Positions 11,101-21,228 are shown, counted from the whole stretch's first letter. The stretch: 62,669 nucleotides of DNA, filler included, from an uncultured bacterium (GCA_964449065.1; 16 parts of 16 records of this genome joined end to end with filler, not necessarily neighbours in it), one strand, 5' to 3'. Notes: generated by a model from the letters alone, not told the origin. A program made the numbers and translations.

Positions 11101-11957
11101 GATTGCGATTGGGGCGAATAGTAATAGATCGCATCGGCCGGCTCGAGATTACCGGATGTTTTTTGACTTGCATTTTCATCCACGATAACCCGTTGGATTG
11201 GTTTTTGATTTTGAAAGAGGGCGATTGCATCCACCGGAATGAAGGATTGGTTGATTCCATCCAACACCTCTTTCCCGGAAAGACGGTACATTCCTGGTTG
11301 ACGCGCCGTTCGTTTTATGGAGGGATGGGTGATGTAAGGAAAATCTTGCTGCGGAACCGCAGCCGAATCCATTTGTCTCGTTGGGGGATAGTTGACAAAA
11401 ACGGTGCGGGCGGATTCATCCAATGCTTGAGAGAATCCTTGGAACGTGTCTTCATCTTGTTCGGAAAAAATCATCGTGATACGGCCTAACGGAAAATCCA
11501 CAACCGTTTCTCCACTTTCACGGGCATAGGTTTGCCGTTGAATGCGCAGAGTTAACACTGCCACCCGGCAGCCGGACATCAAGCCGATCTCACGCCATTT
11601 CACGGTGGGTACGCGCAGTTTATATTCATCGGGTATATTGCTTTCATCGCCGTTTGCTCTTGTTTGTCCATCTTCTTTTTGCACCCATTGATAAGAACGG
11701 ACAAAACAAGTGGCGGAATCAACCGGGCCGGGAACAAACAATAGAATGGTTTGTTCCGTTTCCGTTGGAGGTACATCGAAATTCCATTGCAGTTCAACGG
11801 TTTCCGGCGTGTTTACAATGGGTTGGAAATAGGGGGAAAGCAAATCCTTGGTGGAATCACTAACGGCATGTTGTGGTCTGAATACGCCAGCCAATAGCAC
11901 AATCCAGCAGAGATTGACACACAAACATTTCCAAACGCGGCTGTACAGACCAGCGTT
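8160..11957 (-). CDS. Peptidase C25 (gingipain-like) with two C-terminal CARDB domains, 5-prime partial
   Basis: VEDIYDVF, YVLLAGDA, ARIPV, FFGHG (His), SFSCET (Cys); PDL/ADL...INESNDDNN and VDEETHENN CARDB motifs; frame open to the contig edge. Confidence 0.88.
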   Translation of the reverse strand, partial: NAGLYSRVWKCLCVNLCWIVLLAGVFRPQHAVSDSTKDLLSPYFQPIVNTPETVELQWNFDVPPTETEQTILLFVPGPVDSATCFVRSYQWVQKEDGQTRANGDESNIPDEYKLRVPTVKWREIGLMSGCRVAVLTLRIQRQTYARESGETVVDFPLGRITMIFSEQDEDTFQGFSQALDESARTVFVNYPPTRQMDSAAVPQQDFPYITHPSIKRTARQPGMYRLSGKEVLDGINQSFIPVDAIALFQNQKPIQRVIVDENASQKTSGNLEPADAIYYYSPQSQSSFSPNVVTWITVHRDSVKTAAALRNAQTGTETLHRHIHLEQDEFHLADRKRNEEQNQYWMWHNFSDGEIHIPFPVVEEIKDATAFADIHLDLRNSNYAIQPKNITASINARVITSATVIHTGNNKFTLQSQVLSSALAKNNTFTLDIQDAFQLSNTVHLDSVDLYYPTEIKNSSNAYTNPLGYQNVTIPNDAGLVIAVQHHKDDTHSLLVRDKTPSNAIELPEGETVLYCLSPAAQIASATIEKSMSAANRTVLSKHTPQADVLIVSPREWQPLFSAYQDLLTQQQSLTSKVIAVEDIYDVFGNGRLSPQAIKDFIRHAYLHWQEPKPSYVLLAGDATWDYWGRFNNGIGNIVPSYQGDENYAIENWFVRCDDPSDMVPDMVIARIPVRSSSELLNVLQKTEDYRTNRPLDEWLNRVLVITDNEFEQYTAELLDDWIPQGFQVTERHIADYPLVDNIYLPARQRAALRAKTSLEATEDIINRLNQGVFLWEFFGHGAPNVMGHERMFFGGGSKFSDVKKLMSSQKPHILWSFSCETTRFDYPHEKWNISIGEDLLTLPNGGSIAIVGAAGRGYPQDHIVLGRGLHEAAFEYGLSTFGLQYYTAQLMSLAFKETFEPIDQFAIFGDPALPMPRFIHLEGELLEDDSRYKYRFEGNDLFKNPLDGGAWIQNEDGSEFEILEKENMQGHRAFAAGLSKEYAKQFENGKAGEYFITTDNGKIVVGHGAVPIPSQKSATEYVAPTTGRLPDLTFRDGSMKIAPQSPRSGETIFVEAELINQGKGSAENFTVQGFRNSGDGNETAFEVVVGERSIRVDQLNPGERRTVKLRWDGTANAGEHTLIIKADSNLQINESNDDNNSIASLVSVRKKADLVLNEENVSVNRSGNQYHVSYKVINRGESKAERVVLEISVVRNGNEQILRFPLNRSTRQVEPMTIDVGGEYAHTFNLPADIESFTITVDPDEIVDEETHENNQYTFTPSQI

Positions 11958-12478
11958 NNNNNNNNNNNNNNNNNNNNNNNNNNNNNNNNNNNNNNNNNNN
12001 NTTAATTAATTAANNNNNNNNNNNNNNNNNNNNNNNNNNNNNNNNNNNNNNNNNNNNACAAAACCAGTATAAAACTCTAAGAACTGGAAATGCCCCCGCT
12101 GTTATTCGTGTTCATTCGCGTTCATTCGCGGTTGAAAATGTGGTGCAGGCTTCCAACCTGCAAAAGCCATTGTTTCCCCCAAAGCATTTGGGGGAGATGT
12201 CCAACGCCAGGAGGACAAAGGGGGCGCAAAGAGAGCCATAAACCATAAAGATTCATCCCCTTTTAAGAACCATTTCCCTTGACAATCAAACGAAGCAATC
12301 GGTTAAGCCGTTTTGATTTAAGTAAACAACCCAAATTGGAAATGGTATGACAAGACCATCTCTGATCACTCGATTTAAACCAACATTCTTATGGCAACTT
12401 CCTCTATTGATAGAAAAAAGGTATGGACGGAAAACCGCATGATCTATGGACCCAATAAATTCTCTTCGATAAAAACCA

Positions 12479-13828
12479 TTATCCCTTAATAATCCCCAAT
12501 ATCTCGTCGGTCTTTTGCTTCAACAAATTCTGATTCCCACGCGATTCAATATTTAACCGCAAAATCGGTTCCGTATTCGATTTGCGCAAATTAAACCGCC
12601 AGTCCGGAAACTCAAAACTCACCCCATCCGTATGATCCACCACCGGATTGAAACGCGCGTAGTGTTTGGATATCCGCTCCATCATCTCATCCGCGTTATC
12701 CACGGTGTTGTTGATTTCCCCGCTAATCGGATACTTCTGAATCCGCTCTTTCACCAACTCCGACATCGAACGGCCGGTCGTGCCTAAAATTTCCTGCATC
12801 ATCAAAAACGGTATCATCCCGCTGTCGCAATACGAAAATTCTTTAAAATACAAATGACACGACATTTCCCCGCCAAATTGCGCGTCCTCTTCCCGCATTT
12901 TCTCCTTGATAAACGAATGCCCCGAACAGCACAGGACCGGAACGCCGCCGCTGTTTTCAACCATCTCGATCGTGTTCCATGTCAATCGTGGGTCGTGAAC
13001 AATTTTTGATCCGGGATTCTTTTTCAAAATCGTCTCCGCCAAAAAGCCGACAATGTAATAACCCTCAATATAATTTCCATACTCATCAAAAAAGAAACAG
13101 CGGTCATAATCGCCATCCCACGCGACTCCCAGCGCGGCCCGGTGCGTTTGAATCGCCTCAATCGTCGAAGCACGGTTTATCTCCAACATCGGGTTCGGCA
13201 CCCCGTTCGGAAAGGTCGAATCCGGCTCAAAATTCACCCGAACCATCTCAATCGGCAATCGGGATTCCAACTTCTCCAACACCGGCCCGGCACACCCGTT
13301 CCCCGGATTCACCACCACCTTCATCGGCTTTAAATTTTCTGTATTGATAAACGTTAACAAATGAGAAATATAGTCATCCATCACATTCACATTGACCGCG
13401 TTTCCTGTGGAAGCCGCCGGTGAAAACCGGTTCTCTATCACCATCCGCTCCATCTCCTTTAAACCACTGTTGGAACCAATCGGCTTGGCTTCTTCCCGCA
13501 CACATTTCATGCCATTGTATTCCGGCGGATTGTGGCTCGCCGTGATCATAATGCCGCCATCCGCTTCCAAATGATTCACAGAAAAATACACCATCTCCGT
13601 CCCGCACAACCCGATGGAATACACCTCCGCCCCCGAATCGGTGATCCCTTTCATGATCGCGTCACACAACTCCAAACTGGATTCACGAACGTCATATCCA
13701 ACCACCACTTTTTTTGCCCCCAACAACTGCACCATCGCGCGTGCACTGCGGTAAGCGATATCCGTATTCAAATCCTCAGGAACTCTCCCGCGAATATCAT
13801 ACGCTTTATAACAGGAAAGACTTTTCAT
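12479..13828 (-). CDS. Phosphomannomutase/phosphoglucomutase
   Basis: AYDIRG, TASHNP, DGDYDR, GEMS, RKSNTEP motifs. Confidence 0.95.
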   Translation of the reverse strand: MKSLSCYKAYDIRGRVPEDLNTDIAYRSARAMVQLLGAKKVVVGYDVRESSLELCDAIMKGITDSGAEVYSIGLCGTEMVYFSVNHLEADGGIMITASHNPPEYNGMKCVREEAKPIGSNSGLKEMERMVIENRFSPAASTGNAVNVNVMDDYISHLLTFINTENLKPMKVVVNPGNGCAGPVLEKLESRLPIEMVRVNFEPDSTFPNGVPNPMLEINRASTIEAIQTHRAALGVAWDGDYDRCFFFDEYGNYIEGYYIVGFLAETILKKNPGSKIVHDPRLTWNTIEMVENSGGVPVLCCSGHSFIKEKMREEDAQFGGEMSCHLYFKEFSYCDSGMIPFLMMQEILGTTGRSMSELVKERIQKYPISGEINNTVDNADEMMERISKHYARFNPVVDHTDGVSFEFPDWRFNLRKSNTEPILRLNIESRGNQNLLKQKTDEILGIIKG

Positions 13829-14018
13829 TCCGTTTCATCCTCTAGGTTCAGATTTTCCACTCACCTCACTTTAAAGGAATTCAAAAATTGGTCAACAAGA
13901 ACAAATACGTCAAAATGGCTCTCTACGCATTCTTCTTCCAAAATACCGAGCCAAACAGGCACACACTTTCCCATAAACCATATTTATATAACATGCTCAT
14001 ATTACTGGATATATATAA

Positions 14019-14035
14019 TTGGCACACTAATTGAT
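14019..14035 (+). promoter_or_regulatory. Putative sigma54 (-24/-12) promoter of the Hsp20 cluster
   Basis: TTGGCACACTAATTGAT (GG-N10-GA) about 60 bp upstream of the start, after an AT-rich tract. Confidence 0.45.
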
Positions 14036-14095
14036 TATTGCAGAAATAGAATTTATGGCACAAACATAAAACCAATAGGTTTAAGGAGGATGACC

Positions 14096-14539
14096 ATGAT
14101 TACATGGACCCCGGTAAACGAAATGGATGCTTTACGCAACGAAATCAACAGTATCTTCAACACCTTCTATACCCCCAACCGGTGGGATAGAAGAAAAGGC
14201 CGCTACTCCAGCGAGTACCCGAAAGTGAACATCTACGAAGATAAAGATCATTACTTTATCGAAGCCGTCGTTCCCGGTATGGATACCGAAAAGTTCGATC
14301 TATCCGTTCATGACCAAGTCGTTTCCATTAGCGGCGAAAAAGCCCACGCTGAACCCGCAGAAGGCGAATCACTCCTGCGCGGCGAACGCGCCTACGGCAA
14401 ATTCGCGCGCACCGTGGAATTGCCCAATAAAATTAATGCCGACAACGCCGAAGCCCAGTACCGCCATGGAATCCTCTACATTACGGTTCCCAAAGCGGAA
14501 GAAGCCAAGCCGAAAAAAATCGAAGTCAAAGTTTCGTAA
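14096..14539 (+). CDS. Hsp20/alpha-crystallin small heat-shock protein
   Basis: YPKVNIYE, ER-YGKF-R, AQYRHGIL, PKKIEV; AAGGAGG RBS at 14083 sets the start (ORF-track start 13532 is a spurious extension). Confidence 0.92.
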   Translation: MITWTPVNEMDALRNEINSIFNTFYTPNRWDRRKGRYSSEYPKVNIYEDKDHYFIEAVVPGMDTEKFDLSVHDQVVSISGEKAHAEPAEGESLLRGERAYGKFARTVELPNKINADNAEAQYRHGILYITVPKAEEAKPKKIEVKVS

Positions 14540-14572
14540 CCAAAACATTCACAATCTTTGGAGGTCATGAAA

Positions 14573-14962
14573 ATGGTACAAACTCAAGTTCCAGCAACCC
14601 ATACACAACAAGGCCTTACGCAGGAAACCAATAATTTCCAAACCGTCATTCCACCGGTCGATATCTTCGAAAGCAATGATAACGTCATTCTCATCGCCGA
14701 TATCCCCGGTATCGAACGCGATCATTTGGATATCAACGTCGAAAACAATGTGTTAACACTCTATGCCACCACACAAGAACGCAAACCGGCTGACCAAGTC
14801 TACCGCGAATTCCGCCCCGTCCACTTCTACCGTCAGTTCTCGCTCTCGGAACGGGTCAACGCGGAACACATCTCAGCCGAACTCAAAAACGGTGTGGTTC
14901 GCATTACACTCCCAAAACAAGAAGATGCAAAACCAAAACGCATTGAAGTCAAAACGCAGTAA
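14573..14962 (+). CDS. Hsp20 family protein
   Basis: PPVDIFE, ADIPG, AELKNGV, PKRIEV; GGAGG RBS at 14560. Confidence 0.92.
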   Translation: MVQTQVPATHTQQGLTQETNNFQTVIPPVDIFESNDNVILIADIPGIERDHLDINVENNVLTLYATTQERKPADQVYREFRPVHFYRQFSLSERVNAEHISAELKNGVVRITLPKQEDAKPKRIEVKTQ

Positions 14963-15177
14963 CACAAAAAAATACGGTTCCTTCAATCGTTTCAATTCAA
15001 TCAGAATCGATCCACCAGTCCTCCCCCAATACAATGGGGGAGGTTAGGTGGGAGGGAATTGAAGAAAGCATTCAACACGAAGATTCTTTTTTGATGGAAC
15101 GCAAAATATTACCGTAACAGACCATTGAGGTTCAAGAAATCGCATCCATAAGAATTTCTTGAGAAAGGAGACGCATC

Positions 15178-15639
15178 ATGAACCTGATACCAAAACCAAG
15201 ACAAGATATGTTTTCGGACTTACACCGTGAAATTGACTCCATCTTTTCACGCTTTACCCCGAATTTGTTGAACCAGGAATTTGGAACGTTCGCGGGTGAA
15301 TCCCTCATCGAATTCACCCCGGTAGTCGATATAAATGAATCAGATGACGCCGTACATGTTCGTGCCGAATTGCCCGGATTGGAAAAAGATCAAATCTCGA
15401 TCGATGTGAGCGGACAAACCCTAACCCTCTCCGGTGAAAAGAAACACGAAGAAGAAAAGAAAGAAGGGGGATACTACAGCCGTGAACGTTCTTTCGGCCA
15501 TTTCAGCCGCCAAATCACACTCCCGGCTGAAGTCGATATGGACAAAACGACAGCCGATTACAAAAACGGCGTGCTGCACATCAATCTGCCAAAAACCGCA
15601 AGCGCGGCCCGCAAAAAAATCAAAGTCAAAGTAAACTAA
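15178..15639 (+). CDS. Hsp20 family protein
   Basis: PVVDINE, AELPG, ERSFGHF, ADYKNGVL; AAGGAG RBS. Confidence 0.93.
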   Translation: MNLIPKPRQDMFSDLHREIDSIFSRFTPNLLNQEFGTFAGESLIEFTPVVDINESDDAVHVRAELPGLEKDQISIDVSGQTLTLSGEKKHEEEKKEGGYYSRERSFGHFSRQITLPAEVDMDKTTADYKNGVLHINLPKTASAARKKIKVKVN

Positions 15640-15669
15640 CCGGTAAATTGCAGGAGACTTCATAAACGT

Positions 15670-15697
15670 GTAGGGGCATGTTGCAGCGTGCCCCTAC
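15670..15697. repeat. GTAG-type REP palindrome
   Basis: GTAGGGGCATG-TTGCAG-CGTGCCCCTAC. Confidence 0.7.
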
Positions 15698-16645
15698 ATT
15701 CATTAATACCAAAATGTCATCACGAACCCCCAACCACCCTTCGCTCGGCAATTTATACCATTTGCAAATAGAAACGTTCTCTATAAATGACGAAACGGAA
15801 AATGTTTTTTACAATAGTGCATGCTTCCAACCTGCAAAAGCCATTGTCTCCCCCAAAGTTAATGTCTCCCCCAAAGCCTTTGGGTGAGATGTCCAACGCC
15901 AGGAGGACAGAGAGGGCGCGGCCGCGCATCAAATAACCGGGCAGCCGGTATTTCGNNNNNNNNNNNNNNNNNNNNNNNNNNNNNNNNNNNNNNNNNNNNT
16001 TAATTAATTAANNNNNNNNNNNNNNNNNNNNNNNNNNNNNNNNNNNNNNNNNNNNACTTGGTCTCGGAGACTCTTGACACACAGCATCATAGATGGGCTC
16101 AACACTCTTAAAACGATGATTACACTTTATATCAAAGCGGGTGTATACCTGAACCAACTCGTTCTGCTTTTGTCCGGTAGCCCGCCACTCGCGAAGTATA
16201 TCCCTGGAAGGGCGAGGCTCCCGCCGAGCCAGCGGCACGCTTTCCTTCCCCGATAATCCAAAATAAAACCGATATGAAACTCTCAGAACTGAGTATGCCT
16301 CCGCTGTTATTCGCGTTCATTCGCGTGTATTCGCGATTTAAAATGTGGTGCAGGCTTCCAGCCTGCAAAAGCCATTGTCTCCCCCAAAACATTTGGGGGA
16401 GATATCCGACGCAAGGAGGACAGAGGGGGTTGCGGCCGCGTATGATAAAAAAAGGGTAGCACCGCCTCCCAGCCGGTATTTCGCAGGATGAGCTCAACAC
16501 TCTTAAAACGATGATTACACTTTATATCAAAGCGGGTGTATACCTGAACCAACTCGTTCTGCTTTTGTCCGGTAGCCCGCCACTCGCGAAGCGCAGCCCT
16601 AGGAGGGCGAGGCTCCCGCCGAGCCGGAAGCACCGTTCGATTGCA

Positions 16646-18316
16646 TCATCCCCCCTGTTTAATCTTCATCACCTCATTGATCTTAGGCATGGCAAAGCGC
16701 TCCGTCTCACCCCCCAGCCATTCCACCACAACTTCATCCACTTGCTCTTCCTCTCCCAACCCGAAGCGCAAAGCCAACTCCGATTGCGAGGCATACCCAA
16801 ACGCCCCCCGGTGATACTTCGTATATTTTTTCGTTGGCGTCTTCACCGTCACCCAACTGCCAAAGCCGTTGCGGTTGATCTTAGTCCCCTCCAACCGTAC
16901 CCCCAGCCAGTTGTTTTTTAACGCGCTCATATTTTCATACACCGTCGGCGGCGCGTCCATATTGCTGACGACAATATCCTGGTCGCCGTCGCCGTCCAAA
17001 TCGCCGAACGCGCACCCCCGCGATGACTCTTTTATCCGAAACGCGCTCCCCGCCTGTTCCGATACTTCTACGAATTGCCCGGAACCATCATTCAAATACA
17101 ACTGGTTCAGCTGCTTATACCCCAACTTCGCACTGGTTTGATCCACCTGGGGCAGCACATGCCCATTCGCCAAAAACAAGTCCAAATCCCCGTCAAACTC
17201 GGCATCCAAAAACAACAGTCCCCACCCCAAATGATGAAACGACGGAAAATACACGTTCGCTTCCTTCGAGGCATCCGCAAAAAACCCGTCGCCTTCATTG
17301 CGGTAGATGGTGTTATAATCCTGCGCGTAGTTCAGCACCATAATGTCATCGAGCCAGTCGCCGTTCAGGTCGCCCGCGTCCACCCCCATACCCGATTGCG
17401 ATTCGCCCATCGCGTTAAAACTGATCCCCAACAGCAGGCCCAGCTCCTCAAACGTCCCGTCCCCGTTATTGCGGAACAAGTAATTCGGATACTGATCGTT
17501 CGCCACATAGATATCCGGCAGGCCGTCCATATCGATATCGATAAACACCACGCCCAGTCCAAACGCCTTCTCCACATTCGTGAGGCCCGATTGCGCGCTG
17601 ATATCCGTAAACGTTCCGTCACCGTTGTTGCGGTATAACACGTCATGAATGGCCGGCAGCCCCTTCGGCCCGCAATGCACCGGAATCGACCCCGCCAACA
17701 CGCAACTCGCCCGCTCCCCCCGCGCCGGAATATTTTCGGTATCGAACTCAATGTAATTCGTCACATACAAATCCAAATTACCGTCCAAATCGGTGTCGCC
17801 AAACGCACAGCCCGCGCTCCATTGCAGGTAATCCACGCCCGCCTGCTTCGCCACATTGGTAAACGTTCCATCCCCATTGTTCCGGTACAGATGGTTCGGT
17901 CCCCAGTTGGTGACATACAAATCCAAATCGCCGTCGTTGTCATAATCGGCCGCCGCCGTGCCGCAGCCCCATTCGGTCGAACCCAGCCCGGCCTCCTCAG
18001 TTACATCAGTAAAATTCCAATCGCCGTCATTGCGGTAAAACCGGTCCCGTGGAGGCTCTGCACCTTCCGGCAAATCGCGCACCGATCCGTTCACGAAATA
18101 CACATCCAAATCGCCGTCGCCGTCATAATCAAACAAGGCGACACCGGCCCCGTTCACATCGATGATGTAATCCTTCTCTACGTTGCCGGAAATATGCTCA
18201 AACCCAAACCCGGCCTTCGCGGTTGCATCATCAAATTGCGGAATAGGAATTCTATCGAAATAATTGGACGAAGATACAGATAGGCATATTACCCATGGTA
18301 TACCGAGCAGCTTCAT
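16646..18316 (-). CDS. CRTAC1/ASPIC-UnbV protein with FG-GAP (VCBS) repeats
   Basis: Repeated DYDGDGDLD / YRNNGDGTF; C-terminal GYASQS...FGLG...VVVEW; start uncertain. Confidence 0.92.
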   Translation of the reverse strand: MKLLGIPWVICLSVSSSNYFDRIPIPQFDDATAKAGFGFEHISGNVEKDYIIDVNGAGVALFDYDGDGDLDVYFVNGSVRDLPEGAEPPRDRFYRNDGDWNFTDVTEEAGLGSTEWGCGTAAADYDNDGDLDLYVTNWGPNHLYRNNGDGTFTNVAKQAGVDYLQWSAGCAFGDTDLDGNLDLYVTNYIEFDTENIPARGERASCVLAGSIPVHCGPKGLPAIHDVLYRNNGDGTFTDISAQSGLTNVEKAFGLGVVFIDIDMDGLPDIYVANDQYPNYLFRNNGDGTFEELGLLLGISFNAMGESQSGMGVDAGDLNGDWLDDIMVLNYAQDYNTIYRNEGDGFFADASKEANVYFPSFHHLGWGLLFLDAEFDGDLDLFLANGHVLPQVDQTSAKLGYKQLNQLYLNDGSGQFVEVSEQAGSAFRIKESSRGCAFGDLDGDGDQDIVVSNMDAPPTVYENMSALKNNWLGVRLEGTKINRNGFGSWVTVKTPTKKYTKYHRGAFGYASQSELALRFGLGEEEQVDEVVVEWLGGETERFAMPKINEVMKIKQGG

Positions 18317-18522
18317 AACTTTCTTCCCAGAAGTTATCCATTTTGGTTCATAACGGTCAGTCAAATTATAGCGCGTTTATTTGGAGTTTGTTGAGGGCAA
18401 TACCAAAAACTTTATAGCGATTGGTTAGCGGTTTCCAACACTTCGTTTGGATTATCTTCCCCTTGGTCGGGGTGACGTCCGCTTCTTTCAGCAGACCGGG
18501 TTGCCCGCTTCGCTGGGCAAAC

Positions 18523-18550
18523 AAAAAGCGGAGCAGCTAAGCCCCGCTTT
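18523..18550 (-). terminator. Rho-independent terminator of the 18593-19597 gene
   Basis: AAAGCGGGGC-TTAGCT-GCTCCGCTTTTT on the minus strand. Confidence 0.7.
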
Positions 18551-18592
18551 GATCATATCGTTTATGCATCATCTCATTTATATCATATGCAA

Positions 18593-19597
18593 TTAATACA
18601 GTTCCCAGGTTTCCACGGCTGAGCCGCCGCTGGTCGCTGCCGGAACAATCGCCATGTTAAAGAAAGACCGGAAAACATGGTCCGCCGGTAATCCCACATC
18701 TTCAAACCCATCTGTAATGGCTATCACGCGGGGCAATTCCGTAAGATCAAGCGCATTATAGATCGCAATTTCATTGAATGAATCCGCAACATTGTGGCTT
18801 CCGAGGATGATGTTGTTCGTACCGGGAATTTCCGCAATGCCCCATAAGCCGACAAACCCATCCGTTGACGTGCTGAATTCTTCTTCTAACTCGCCATCTA
18901 AACTGACACGCACTAACGTTTCTTGGTCTTGCAGGGAAGCGACAATACTTCCAATTTCTTCGTTATACGTTAAAGAACGAACGGTTCTGCCGTCATCCCA
19001 CAACTTGCCGATGGGATCGCCGCCGGCAATGTCATATAGGATGATACCGGAATCGCCATTATCTCCCATAACCAAACGGCCGTCCGGCAGCAATAACGCT
19101 TCACCATGGCCGGCTTTGTTGTAATCGGTGAGGGTTGCGTTTCCGCTGGCATCCACTTGCACGCGTTGCGCCAACGTTTCATCCCCCGCGTTGCTATTGA
19201 CGATGACATCGTTCACCCCAATGGCGGCAGTGTGAGTCGATTTGATGAGGTCTAAATCCCAGGATGTTTGTGTTCCGTTTCTTTCGATCCGCAATACCTG
19301 GCCGATTCCTTCAGGGAATTCGCTTTCCGCATCACCGGTCCAGGTGATCCCGACCCAAACATTTCCGGACGGGTCAACATCCAATCCCAGCGCGCGACGG
19401 CGTACCGCACCGTCCAACCCCCATTTTACAGCATTAATGATGGTTGCGGTGTCGTCATCATTGATCTGCAATTCGACGATTTGACCATCCGGTGTAAAGA
19501 AGGGATCCGCAAAAATCAGGTTCCCCGGTTCAAACAACTGGCTCCACCCGCTGAGGGGCAGCGCGCACACGACGAGAGCAATAAAAACTTTTTTCAT
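18593..19597 (-). CDS. Secreted beta-propeller-like protein with C-terminal AVETWELY tail
   Basis: Signal peptide MKKVFIALVVCALPLSGWS; NHL-like GLDVDPSGNVWVG; GGAGG RBS. Confidence 0.7.
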   Translation of the reverse strand: MKKVFIALVVCALPLSGWSQLFEPGNLIFADPFFTPDGQIVELQINDDDTATIINAVKWGLDGAVRRRALGLDVDPSGNVWVGITWTGDAESEFPEGIGQVLRIERNGTQTSWDLDLIKSTHTAAIGVNDVIVNSNAGDETLAQRVQVDASGNATLTDYNKAGHGEALLLPDGRLVMGDNGDSGIILYDIAGGDPIGKLWDDGRTVRSLTYNEEIGSIVASLQDQETLVRVSLDGELEEEFSTSTDGFVGLWGIAEIPGTNNIILGSHNVADSFNEIAIYNALDLTELPRVIAITDGFEDVGLPADHVFRSFFNMAIVPAATSGGSAVETWELY

Positions 19598-19767
19598 AAC
19601 TTTCCTCCAAAATTAAATAGTAATTAACCCACAAATGGGTTTAATTGCAAAATGGGTATCAACAGCGATCACCAATACATCGTAATTGCTAACGATATTC
19701 TCATACAATTTATTGTTTGTCAACTGGATTTGCAAAATTGATTGTTTTAATCGAATTTATTTTTTGT

Positions 19768-19925
19768 CTAGTAGATTGTCAGTCAAAAAATGACGACTGG
19801 CTATCCGTTGTTACCCCCCTTGTTAAGGGGGGTAGGGGGGGATCGAAGCACGCTTCCAACGACGCAAAATCCCCGGAGCCTACGGCTCCACCCCCTTATG
19901 CAAGGGGGTCGTGGCACTGCGCTTC
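19768..19925. repeat. Inverted MITE-B variant fused to another hairpin module (matching partial at 43598-43690)
   Basis: CTAGTAGATTGTCA end; CCCCCTTGTTAAGGGGGG hairpin; GGAGCCTACGGCTCC. Confidence 0.8.
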
Positions 19926-20112
19926 NNNNNNNNNNNNNNNNNNNNNNNNNNNNNNNNNNNNNNNNNNNNTTAATTAATTAANNNNNNNNNNNNNNNNNNN
20001 NNNNNNNNNNNNNNNNNNNNNNNNNGCGTCTTGAACACCGCCATGATATGCCGCCTACTTCAGGCCATCACCAACTTTCGCGCATAACTCCAAGACTGGC
20101 CATTGTGGCACG

Positions 20113-20350
20113 TCAGGGCCAAATCCATATCTGCTGGTTCAGGTGGTGTCGTTGGACTTGCGCGCGGCTTTGAGCCAGGCGATAGCTCTCGCTATTCATC
20201 TTCTTGGTGAGGAGGACCGTGGCCGAAGGCCGCGTACGCCGACGAACGACTTGGCGGGTCAATCGGTCGAGCAGTGCACCGATGAGACGCTCGGTGCCGA
20301 AAGTTTCGGTTCATTCGTCGAATGACAGGTTGGTGGTGAGAACAGGCGGC
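20113..20350 (-). pseudogene. IS21-family IstB ATPase C-terminal remnant
   Basis: Hand translation LTTNLSFDE*TETFGTERLIGALLDRLTRQV...MNSESYRLAQSR; conserved Trp replaced by TGA. Confidence 0.75.
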
Positions 20351-20665
20351 GTCCTGTGGCGCGTCTGGATCGAACTCTCTATCCTCGACCAAATCGAAAC
20401 GGGATCGTCAGAAGACACGAAATGATCCTGCAGCGTCTCGCCCAAGCCCGTGGGACGCAAAAACGTGCGTGGAAGGCTGGGCGTCATTATTTGATTGCAG
20501 GCAGTGCAGTTGCCTATACGGCTCCCGAGCCAAAATGCCAATCGGCGCTGGTTTCTGACCGCAAATGTCTGGACCGTCGTCACTCTTATAATGAGGGGTC
20601 ACCGTCTGAATAGAGACTGGCTCACATAAAAACACTCGGCCCTCTCCCAGCCAAGAATGCCCTGA

Positions 20666-21228
20666 TTACCGGCGCATCTTATGTCTCAAAATTGCGCGCG
20701 GGCTGCCATAGCTGCCCAGGCTGAGACGGGACTGTTCTTTGATGTGGGCCAGCGTGACCAGATCAGAGCGCTGTCTGCGACTGGCGGGCCGACTGCGGAA
20801 CGCCCGCAAGCCGCGTGGGCTGACACCAACGACACTGCACAATCGCTTGATTGAAAAGCTGGCTATGTGTTCCTCAATGAACCTAAACCTCATGGCTTTT
20901 GACCCGCGAAGAACTGCGTTGCCTTTTTTAGGATGTCCCTCTCCTCCTTGAGAATGCGGTTCTCGCGTCGAAGCCGGTCATTCTCTTGGGCGAGGCTCAA
21001 ATCTTCTTTCGACACTACATCCGTGTCTCGGTGCGCGGTGATCCATTTGTTAAGCGTTGACATGCCGACACCCAGATCATTCGCCACCTGTTTACGCGTA
21101 AGCCCGCTTGTCAGCGCAATCCGCACCGCATCTTGGCGGAATTCGTCCGTCCGTTTCAGTCCCATAATTTGTCTCCTTTGTTGCAGTAAATGCTATCAAA
21201 GGAGCGGCATCAAACTGTGACAGGTCCA
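20666..21228 (-). mobile_element. Truncated IS3-family element (IRL, orfA 20890-21165, truncated orfB)
   Basis: TGGACCTGTCACAGTTTGATGCC left end at 21228; OrfA HTH + ENDRLRRENRILKEERDILKKA; A6G slippery site 20923-20929; OrfB breaks after YGSPR. Confidence 0.9.

Noticed and set aside
13532..14095. Long N-terminal extension on the first Hsp20
   Set aside because: Overlaps the PMM gene antisense; strong RBS defines the start at 14096
16056..16630. Possible CRISPR array
   Set aside because: Long degenerate modules with no regular repeat-spacer period and no cas genes
18455..18520. Structured GC-rich segment as a c-di-GMP riboswitch or SRP RNA
   Set aside because: Only short motif similarity; consensus not met; needs Rfam
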